DNA of 63,096 bases, the filler included, from Chiloscyllium plagiosum (Eukaryota): the NCBI RefSeq assembly GCF_004010195.1. It is 4 parts of one record of this genome, joined end to end, with 100 filler letters (N's around TTAATTAATTAA, not from the genome) between each part and the next. Parts side by side here need not be neighbours in the genome. Positions count along the whole stretch, not along the records: positions 38,034 to 55,813 come from NC_057713.1; positions 55,914 to 63,096 come from NC_057713.1; 2 more parts are not named here. One strand, given 5' to 3'. Shown in pieces: positions 53,415 through 63,096 of this stretch; the first letter of the stretch is position 1; the number at the start of each line of letters is the position of its first letter. The position numbers and the translations under genes are program-made. Below the pieces are notes generated by a model. It saw only the letters and a program-made list of their open reading frames with translations. It was not told the origin of the DNA and did no database searches.

Positions 53415-54640
53415 AATAGACAATAGACAATAGGTGCAGGAGTAGGCCATTCTGCCCTTTGAGCCTGCACCACCATTCAACATGTTCATGGCTAATCATC
53501 CTTAATCAGTACCCTGTTCCTGCCTTATCTCCATAATCCTTGATTCCACTATCCTTGAGAACTCTATCCAACTCTTTCTTAAATGAATCCAGAGACTGGG
53601 TCTCCACTGCCCTCTGGGGCAGAGCATTCCACACAGCCACCACTCTCTGGGTGAAGAAGTTTCTCCTCATCTCTGTCCTAAATGGTCTACCCCGTANNNN
53701 NNNNNNNNNNNNNNNNNNNNNNNNNNNNNNNNNNNNNNNNNNNNNNNNNNNNNNNNNNNNNNNNNNNNNNNNNNNNNNNNNNNNNNNNNNNNNNNNNNNN
53801 NNNNNNNNNNNNNNNNNNNNNNNNNNNNNNNNNNNNNNNNNNNNNNNNNNNNNNNNNNNNNNNNNNNNNNNNNNNNNNNNNNNNNNNNNNNNNNNNNNNN
53901 NNNNNNNNNNNNNNNNNNNNNNNNNNNNNNNNNNNNNNNNNNNNNNNNNNNNNNNNNNNNNNNNNNNNNNNNNNNNNNNNNNNNNNNNNNNNNNNNNNNN
54001 NNNNNNNNNNNNNNNNNNNNNNNNNNNNNNNNNNNNNNNNNNNNNNNNNNNNNNNNNNNNNNNNNNNNNNNNNNNNNNNNNNNNNNNNNNNNNNNNNNNN
54101 NNNNNNNNNNNNNNNNNNNNNNNNNNNNNNNNNNNNNNNNNNNNNNNNNNNNNNNNNNNNNNNNNNNNNNNNNNNNGAGCTGTTTATCACTACTCTTTGT
54201 TTCCTGTCAGCCAACTAACTTTCAATCCAAGTTAGTACTTTGCCCCCAATACCATGTGCCCTAATTTTACTCACTAACCTCCTGTGTGGGACTTTATCAA
54301 AAGCTTTCTGAAAGTCCAGGTACGCTACATCTACTGGATCTCCCTCGTCCATCTTCAGAGTTACATCCTCAAAAAATTCCAGAAGATTAGTCAAGCATGA
54401 TTTCCCCTTCATAAATCCATGCTGACTCTGACCTGTCCTGTTACTACTATCCAGATGTGTCATAATTTCATCCTTTATAATAGACTCCAGCATCTTTCCC
54501 ACCACTGAGGTCAGACTAACTGGTCTATAATTTCCTGTTTTCTCTCTGCCACCTTTTTTAAAAAGTGGTACAACATTAGCCACCCTCCAATCCGCAGGAA
54601 CTGATCTCGAATCTATCGAACTCTGGAAAATAATCACCAA
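53415..54640 (-). mobile_element. Young CR1 LINE RT/3' portion spanning a 480-N gap (53697-54176)
   Basis: Intact ORF DWRVANVVPLFKKG...NYRPVSLTSVVGK...YLDFQKAFDKVPH. Confidence 0.9.
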
Positions 54641-55249
54641 TAAACACTAATAAAAGTATCACTAGTCAGGTGTAATATCCAACAGTGTTCTCTGACAAGA
54701 ATACATCAGTAGCTATGTATGCAAGCCTGCACTCTTACTGTACTCCTCTACAGTGGTGAGACCTTTGGTATATGCGAGGGAGGGGGAAAGATTGAACAAT
54801 GTCCACCTAAGCCCTCTCAATATCTCATTTGGCAGTGTAAAATCACTAACACAATTGTGTTAATTCCATCAGCATGCGCATATTGCTGAGCCAATAGTTT
54901 CTGCATTAGCTCAACCATGCACATTGTGGTTAAGACAATCAACCAGTGAATTTATTGGATCTCAACTTCCTGTGTGCGAATACCTTCAGTATAAGGAACC
55001 TGTAAACAAGGCTGTAGATATTAACAGTTGCTGATGGCCATGATAGAGATGTTCATGAGGTGCTGCAGACAGAACTAAAGAAGGAAGGACTTGTTCTCAT
55101 TAGCTGAAGGATTAGGAAACAGACGACAGTCATTTAAAATGATTGGCAAAGAACTCGAGTTGACATGAGGAAAATGTTCTCACAAAATCAGTAATTATCA
55201 TCTGGAGTACACTGTCTGAGACCATGATAGAACCAGATTCAGTCGTGGT

Positions 55250-55718
55250 TTTCCATAAGACCATAAGACCATAAGACATAGGAGTGGAAGTAAGGCCATT
55301 CGGCCCATCGAGTCCACTCCGCCATTCAATTATGGCTGATGCGCATTTCAGCTCCACTTACCAGCGTTCTCCCCGTAGCCCTTAATTCCTCGAGACAACA
55401 AGAATCTATCAATCTCGGCCTTGAAGACATTTAGCATCCCGGCTTCCACTGCACTCCGTGGCAATGAATACCACAGGCCCACCACTCTCTGGCTGAAGAA
55501 ATGCCTCCACATTTCTGTTCTGAAATGACCCCCTCTAATTCTAAGGCTGTGTCCACAGGTCCTAGTCTCCTCGTTTAACTGAAACAATTTCCTAGCATCC
55601 ACCTTTTCCAAGCCATGTATTATTTTGTACGCCTCTATTAAGTCTCCCCTTAATCTTCTAAACTCCAACGAATACAATCCCAGTATCCTCAGCCATTCCT
55701 CATATGTTAGACCTGTCA
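55250..55718 (-). mobile_element. CR1 LINE 3' end with (CCATAAGA)n tail
   Basis: LRGDLIEAYKI...FFSQRVVGLW motifs. Confidence 0.85.
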
Positions 55719-55813
55719 TTACACTCACTCCCCAAGCTCAGTGGGTTTTACACTCACTCCCCGAGCTCAGTGAGTTTTACACTCACTCCCCGAGCTCAGT
55801 GAGTTTTACACTC
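55719..55813. repeat. 29-bp minisatellite (TTACACTCACTCCCCGAGCTCAGTGAGTT)n truncated by a gap
   Basis: Three copies plus a partial one. Each unit has the internal inverted repeat ACTCACT/AGTGAGT. Confidence 0.85.
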
Positions 55814-55913
55814 NNNNNNNNNNNNNNNNNNNNNNNNNNNNNNNNNNNNNNNNNNNNTTAATTAATTAANNNNNNNNNNNNNNNNNNNNNNNNNNNNNNN
55901 NNNNNNNNNNNNN

Positions 55914-56255
55914 CTTAGTAGCCACACACACAGATGACAAGCAACATGAGTTCGACTGGGGCAACACTACTATTGGGACAAGCCAAACAGAGAACAGCCA
56001 GGGAATTCCTAGAGGCATGGCATTCATCCACAGATTCAATCAATAAGCACATCGACCTGGACCCAATATACCGACCACTGCAGCGGACAGCGGAAACTGA
56101 CAACCGGAAGCGGCAGATACAAACCACTATAAATGGCGGAGGAAAGATCACAGAAGCGCTTCACAGGAGGTTCCCAAGCACTGAGGATGTCACCTAGAGA
56201 GGGGACGAAACGTCTGCAACACAAATTCCCAGCTCGGCGAACAGAACCACAACAA
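55914..56255 (+). mobile_element. Penelope-like element 3' end (family C): GIY-YIG C-terminus plus hammerhead-bearing terminal repeat
   Basis: LGQAKQRTAREFLEAWHSSTDSINKHIDLDPIY typical of the PLE ORF end. Confidence 0.85.
56178..56217 (+). ncRNA. Minimal hammerhead ribozyme-like motif (family C)
   Basis: GCA-CTGAGGA-T-GTCACCT(AGAG)AGGGGAC-GAA-ACGT-C-TGC: boxes CUGANGA and GAAA, GUC triplet, stem I GCA/TGC. Reverse copy at 20928-20967. Confidence 0.7.
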
Positions 56256-57057
56256 AGATACTAGCAAGTTGTGAGGAACTAACATGAGGAGAATTGGGGA
56301 CATTAAAAGGGTTGGAGACTCCCACTCTTCACTTGTCGGAAGCTGGAAGTGTGCCAGCAATGATTTTGCAGACAGAGGTGTAACCAGCGAGGGATGATAC
56401 TGGGCTTTGTAGGTGAGTTTACACATCTTTCCTCAGAACAGCAGGAATAGGAGTAGGCCATTCGGCCCTTCAAGCTTGCTCTGCCATTCCTTATAATCGT
56501 GGAATCAGCTGCTTTAACTCCATTTTCAGATATCCTTTGATTTCCCTGACAGACCAAAAATCTTTCTCAGCCTTAAACATACTGAGTGAGGGAATTGTGA
56601 GAGAATTCCAAAGGCTCCCAAGCCTCTCACTAAAGAAATTCCTCCTCATCTCAGTCCTAAACCTTCAGCCTCCTTGTCCCGAGACTATGTCCCTGCATTT
56701 CAAATTCTCCTGCCAGTAGAGACAGCGTCTCAGTATCCAACCAGACTTTTATTCATAGGAACAGGAGTAGGCCATTCTGCCTATCAAATCCGTGCCTGCC
56801 ATTCAATGTGATCCTGGCTGATTGAACAATTCCTGTCGCCATAACCCATTTGTTCACAGGATGTGGGCGTTGCTGGCTGGAGATTTACCTGCAGAGAGCA
56901 AGTGGGTCAAATGGCCCATTCCTGCAGTTCCCACAACAACAACTTGCATTTACAAAGTGCCCTTAAGTTAAACATCCCTTATGGAACACTGTGGCATGCA
57001 CCAAGGTCTCAGGCAGAGGTGAGCAAATACCTGGGCAAAGAAGTAGGTTTTAAGGAA

Positions 57058-57073
57058 GAGAGAGAGAGAAAGA

Positions 57074-57110
<37 letters not shown>

Positions 57111-57122
57111 TGAGAGAGAGAC
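57058..57122. repeat. (GA)n microsatellite
   Basis: Imperfect GA run. Confidence 0.9.
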
Positions 57123-60100
57123 AGATGGATGGAGGGGTTTTGTGAGGGATTTGCAAAACCCTGAACAGCAGAGGCACGGACGCCAGTGGTGGAGTGAATA
57201 AAATTGAGGGACGCGGCCAGAATTGGAGCCATGAGGAGATCTCAGAGGATTGTTAGGATGGAGGAATTTACAGAGTTCAGGAGGGGCTTGGATGATGGAG
57301 GGTTTTGGAAACAAGGACAAGAACATCTAAATCAAGGTGTTATTTAGGAAATGGAGAGGATGTAGATGAGCCAGCACAGGGAAGCAGACCTCAAACACAG
57401 GCAAGGGCAAGATTTGGATGAGCTCAAGATTACAGAGAGCAGACTGAGAGAGCAGTCACAGATGTGTTGGAATAGTCAAGTGTCCAGTCCCTATCAACCT
57501 GAATGAGAATTTTAGCAGCGGAAGAGTTGAGGCAGGGATGGGCTCCTCCAGAACTGGAAATAGGTGGTGTGGGTTTTCATTTTCTTCCGTTATGGGACGT
57601 GGGTGTCCACTGGTTGGGCCCAGTATTTATTACCTGCCTCTGGCATGTGGGCATCGCTGGCTGAGTCCAGCCATTTACTGCCCGTCCCTAGTTGCCCCTT
57701 GAGAAGGTGGGGGTGAGCTGCCTTCTTGAACCGCTGCAGTCCATGTGCTGTAGGTAGACCCACAATGTCCTTGGGGAGGGAATTCCAGGATTCTGACCCA
57801 GTGACACTGAAGGAACGGCGATATATTTCCAAGTCAGGATGGTGAGTGGCTTGGAGGGGAAGTTGCAGGGGGTGGTGTTCCCAGGAGCAGGGAGAAGAGC
57901 CATTTTTGGTGGATCTTTGGAGATGGGATTTGGTTCACCAACAGGTTCAAGAACAGCCTCTTCCCAGTTGTTTTTAGACTGTTGAATGGACCATTCCAAT
58001 TTCAAATCTCATGTTGATCTCACTTTTGTGCACTTCCTGGTACAGTCATAACCTTCGATGCCTCACTCTGTCTAAGCACCCTGTGATCTGTAAGACCTTG
58101 TATGTTATGATCTGCTCGCAAAACAAAACTTTTCACTGTATGTAGGTACATGTGACAATAAATCAAATTGAATCAAATCAAATGCAGCAGAATTGGACTG
58201 GAGGACGAGGCTGTTGGCGATGTGTGGAAAGCAGTTGACAGATTGGGAATGGAGATGCTGGCAGGTTTATCTCAGAGAATGCCCCACGGCACTCCCATGC
58301 AAAGCTTTTCCCTACTGTGCCAGAACTGGAAAGTCCGAGTGGAAATATTTCAGCGCAGGATTGGGATTCGGAATTACAGCTCTGTCATTGAGCAGACTGC
58401 ACCTCAGGTCGAACATTCTGTCTGGAGGACTGTGCAGCACCCCCTCAGTATGTAAGAATCAGAGTTACATGTTAAATCGCTTGAAGTTTAATTTGAACCA
58501 ACAATCTACTGCATTGGGAAGCAGGAGAGCTTTCTGGCCTTACAACATGTGTACGCAGCTCACTTTCTGACAGTCTACCTGTGTTCCTTTATGAATGAAC
58601 TTTTATTTCTGAAATAAACAGCCCTTAATGAAGACCAGCCTAAATTACATCACACCCACCCTGCCGTTCCGAACTTCCTAATCCAAATATTTGCCATTTC
58701 AGAAACGTAATTAGCCAATGGCTCAATATGGTGCTTCAGATGGAGTCAAACTGAAGACACTCCGCGTTGCCAAATGTTTCCAAGAACAGCATTCCTTAAA
58801 AAAAAGCATTATTTTTCTTAAACCTTCACTTGGTGTGGGAAATAAAATTGTATACAGGGCTGCACTATTGATCAAACACTTCAGCTAGAATTGCTGCAAG
58901 CTTTCTGTCTCTCTCCAACTCAAAACACTGAGGAATCCTTTGGTCTGAAACTCTGACAGCACTAACAGTACACAGCTCTCGCTGTCAGAAAATACACACA
59001 GTATATTTTGTTTTCCTTGACAGTATTAGCTGTGTAGTATTACACTGTCAGTTTTCTAAAATAGAGAGACAGCACCAGACTGAACTGCCCTGAGCATTTA
59101 CAATCCTTACTGACACATCAGGTTACCAGCAAAGCAAAAACTGGGTGGGGAGGGAAATAGCATGTTTCCCTGCCATCAGTTGTAAACAGTGCAGGTATAT
59201 TCACCTGGGCTAATGTCTACTCATTAACCTATTAACTTGCTTTAGCAACCAAATGCAGCAGCAACTGCCTTGCTGTTTTGTTAATTTTAACTGTTAAATA
59301 CAAAGTTACAGTCTTGCTCCATCGTAGACATTTTTGAGATGTTAACACAGGTGGAGGACGATAGGCTGAATGGCCTCTTCCCACACAGTCCTCCTGCATC
59401 CTTTTTATTGTTTGTTCATGGGACATGGGCTTCGCTGGCCAGGCCAGCATTCATTGCCCGTCCCTAATTGCCCAGAGGGCAGTTGAGAGTCAGCCACATG
59501 TAGGCCAGACTGGGTAAGGACGGCAGATTTCCCCCACTAAAGGAGATTAGCCAATTGGATGGGTATTTACATCAAAGGGCACCGATTTCAGACTGAGATG
59601 AGGAGGAATTTCTTCTCTCAGGGGGTTGTGGGTCTTTGGAATCCTTGCCCCAGAGAGCGTGGGGGCAGAGTCCTGGTGTATGTTTAAGGTGGAGACCCCG
59701 ATGGAGTCGAGGGTTATGGGGTAAAGGCAGGAAGTGGACATAAGGAATACCAAATCAGCCATGATCCTACTGAATAACAGAGCAGGCTCGAGGGGCCGAA
59801 TGGCCTAATCCTTTTTGTATTTCTTACGGTCTTGTAAATCCCAGCTATAGATTACCTGCTCTCAAATGCTCGTGAAATACTTGGTGGAATGTTTCACTAC
59901 TTTGAAGAGGCTATCTAAATGCAAGGCAGTGTTGTTGCCGTGGCTCACCAAGTGGAGGAGGGTAATGTTAAAATGTTGAAGAGGCAGCGACTAAAACCGG
60001 CTGCACCGTGAGTCTGGAGCAAGGCAGACAGAGATAAAGGCAAACACTCTCAGGTCATTGCTAAGGTGCATTGTGAATACAATTCGGCAGTGTTAGACTT

Positions 60101-60619
60101 GTACGGTATTGAAATTCATGGTTTGTCACCATTGTCAATACTTTGCAATTGTTCTGTACAGCTCAACGGGGATTATGCCGGAGGTGTGCACAAAAGCATA
60201 CAAATAAAGGGATGTGATTTATTTGGATTTTTCACTCCTGTCTCACCACATTCAGCATGTGATCATTAATCCGATCTAATGATTGTGTTTCGGGATACAT
60301 AATAATCTAACAGCAGAGGCAGGAAAATACAATTATTTGCACTGCAAAGCGATCACGCCCCTAAAGCAGCCTTCCGGATAATATAGAAGGTGCTGATCAA
60401 AACAGCCTTTCGAACCTGACCTGCTGCTCAATCAGATCACGGCTGCTCTTCTCTCCAGCTTCCCACTTTGGTCCGGGTAACCTTCCGAACGCTGACCCAG
60501 CGGAAGTGTGGGTTTCGAAACTGACGCCACTCCCTACCCCCCCCTCGACACCCCCCACGACTCAACAGCACAGAGTTCCAGATTCCTCATGCAAAGAACT
60601 GCTTCCTAATCTCACTCTG

Positions 60620-61685
60620 AATAAGTCATAGAGTTTTTAACAGGTCATGCTGAGGCCCTTCAGCCCATCGTATCTGTGCTGGGCATCAAACATCCATCTA
60701 TTCTAATCCCATTTCCTGTGTGCTGTGACATTTCAATGCTCATCCAAACATTTCTTAAACGTCTCAAGGGTTTTTGCCTTGTACCCCCTCTTTTAGGGAG
60801 TGATTTTCTTTTCTTTCAAATTGTCTCTAAACCTCCTGCTCCTTGCCTTTAATCAGTGCCCCCCCCCCCACCCAGTTCTCAACCCCTCTACTAAGGGGAT
60901 TGATTCTCCCTATCCACAGTGTCTATGCCCCTCAGAAGTCTGTCGACAAGTCACAAAGGGTGGTGCTGGAAAAGCACAGCAGGTCAGGCAGCATCCGAGA
61001 AGCAGGAGAGTCGACGTTTCAGGCATAAACCCTTCCATCTCCTGCTCCTCGGATGCTGCCTGACCTGCTGTGCTTTTCCAGCACCACAATTTCCGAGTCT
61101 GACGCTCCAGCAGCTGCAGTCCCCACTTTCTCCTAGAACTTTGTACACCTCAATCAGATCACCCCTCAACTTGCTCCGCTCTAAGGAAAACAACCCAAGC
61201 TTATCCAGTCATCTCTGAACCACTCCATCCCAGGCCACATCCTGGTGAATCTCCTCTGTACCCCCTCCAGTGTCATCACCTCCTTCCTATAGTTGGGGGA
61301 CCAGTACCCTAGCAGAGGCCTGACCAGTGATATATACAATTCTAGCATAACCTTCCTGCCTTTGTATGTGATGTCTTTGACTAATAAAGGCAAGTATACC
61401 TTCCTGAAGAAGGGCTCATGCCCGAAACGTCGATTCCCCTGCTCCTTGGATGCTGCCTGACCTGCTGCGCTTTTCCAGCAACACATTTTTCAGCTCTGAT
61501 CTCCAGCATCTGCAGCCCTCACTTTCTCCAAGTATACCATATGCCTTCTTATTGACCAGTCGAATCTCCTGTTCCCTGGATGCTGCCTGACCTGCTGTGC
61601 TGTTCCAGCAATAAAGTTTCAACTGCTGCCTAGGGACATGAACAGCAAGCTCCCTCTGTACTTCCCAGGATCCTGTCATTCAGTG
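60620..61685 (-). mobile_element. CR1 3' fragment carrying three Penelope family A inserts (about 60940-61135, 61401-61528, 61560-61620)
   Basis: RGDLIEVYKV and MLELYISLVRPLL motifs interrupted by family A sequence. Confidence 0.75.
61401..61435 (+). ncRNA. Minimal hammerhead ribozyme-like motif (family A) at the 5' edge of a 128-bp insertion
   Basis: TTC-CTGAAGA-A-GGGC(TCAT)GCCC-GAA-ACGT-C-GAT. Insertion 61401-61528 is flanked by CAAGTATACC (61391-61400 and 61529-61538). Confidence 0.7.
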
Positions 61686-62961
61686 AAAGGGATTCAATAG
61701 GGAACCTTCATGAAGAGAATTGGAGAAATATTCCCGGTCAGAGTGTTTGCAGGAGCTGTTAAGGAAGGAGGAAAGAGCTGGATTAACTGGACAGGGCTTT
61801 TTCAAACTGCTAGCAGAGAATGGTGGACCGAATATCCTTTTTCTGGTGGAACACTCTGCAGATAATCTGCAGGACAGTGCTGAGAGCAAGCCCACAAAAT
61901 CATTGAGGCATTAAAACAAAAAGCGTTTTTAGACTTACATTTAGTCACTATAAAATGTTGAAGATTTCAAAGAAGGTCACCTGAGCTGTGCGACAGGAGG
62001 TCATGTGATTAAACCTCCAGGAAAACGTGCAGCTACAGCTGGTCATGTGATGGCCTTTTACAACAACAACAACTTGCATTGGTATAACGTCTTTAATACA
62101 GTGCAACACCCAGAAGTGCTTCTTGGGAGTGTTGTGAGGCAGAACTTTACACCAAGTGACTTAAGGAGATGTTAAGGATGGGTGAGCCAAAGTTCAGAGG
62201 GAGAGGTGGTTGCTAAGGGAGGTGGCAGTGGGGTGGAGTGGCTGAGGAAGCCAACTCCCTGGGACCCCAGGGGGTACAGTGTGCAGTGATGGAGATTGGG
62301 ATTACCTGGTAGTCCAGAATTAAAGGAACACAGTGGGGACTGGGGGGTGGGGGGAGTTGTGGGGCTAGAGGAGGGAGGGAGCAAACACCGTGGTGGGATT
62401 TGAAAAGGAATTTTAAATGTGAGGTGTTGGCTGACCAGGAGCCAACGTAGATGGGAGTGAGGGTGATGGCTGTTTGGGGTTTGGTGTGAACTCAGGAACG
62501 GGGGCAGTTCCTAACATTTCAGTCACTGATGGATCTGTGGAATGGGTCTGTGTGATTGATAATACAGGGCCTCTGTTTTAAATAAACTCACACTGGCAGA
62601 GAGCTGCATTTCTAACTGGAGCAGCCAGAAAGGCTGGAATCAGACAGACTAGATTCATGAGACCCAGTAGGTTTGAGCATGTCTGCTCGCTCACTGATGT
62701 TGGATGGCCTTGTTAGCTTAGATTCTGTCGAAGGGTTTCAGGGTGGGTAACCATGGCTGGGTCCACTGGACCAGTAACTCACTGAAAGTGACGAGTGCAG
62801 AGGCACGAGGGGAGATCCCCAGTGGGCGAACTGATTGGACTGCCTGAGGGAAGCCTGGGGATAGCAGCAAGAAATGAATTCACTCAAACATCCAGAGCAA
62901 TTGGCCAGGCACAGACTGAGACCCTTCACTTGTGTTTCCCTCAGCGAGTCCTCAGCAGGAA

Positions 62962-63096
62962 GACACACACAGACACACAACCTCACACACACAGACACAC
63001 AACCTCACACACACACAGACACACACAACCTCACACACACATATACAGACACAACCTCACACACACAGACACAGACACAACCTCACACACACAGAC
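62962..63096. repeat. CA-rich compound tandem repeat (ACAACCTCACACACACAGAC-like unit)
   Basis: Repeated ACAACCTCACACAC...AGAC up to the window end. Confidence 0.9.

Noticed and set aside
55719..55813. CRISPR-like palindromic 29-bp repeats
   Set aside because: Units are contiguous with no spacers, there are no cas genes, and the context is vertebrate.

Overview
Eukaryotic (cartilaginous fish, shark-like) genomic DNA, judged by HE1-type tRNA-derived SINEs, CR1/HER1-like LINEs and spliced vertebrate exons. The window has the last two coding exons of a TTC19 orthologue (+, 105-267 and 2777-2931). It also has one intact single-coding-exon gene on the minus strand (18178-19398) for a 406-aa secreted leucine-rich-repeat protein with a VLR/GP5/CPN2-type N-cap, 14 full LRRs and an atypical short Cys-containing C-terminus. 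Most of the rest is decayed transposable elements: many CR1/L2-clade LINE fragments, HE1 and Deu-type SINEs, an RTE fragment, a 12.6-kb Ty3/Gypsy relic carrying nested insertions five levels deep, a TA-flanked Tc1/mariner-type MITE, and many Penelope-like (GIY-YIG) elements. The Penelope-derived termini fall into at least four sequence families that all fit a minimal hammerhead ribozyme fold with co-varying stems, and many short or palindromic insertions with target-site duplications break at that motif. An L1-like 5'-end-only insertion with a 13-bp TSD is also present. There are five assembly gaps, three of them with an artificial TTAATTAATTAA linker. All calls come from reading the sequence by eye; no database searches were run, and TE boundaries are approximate unless a TSD is given.
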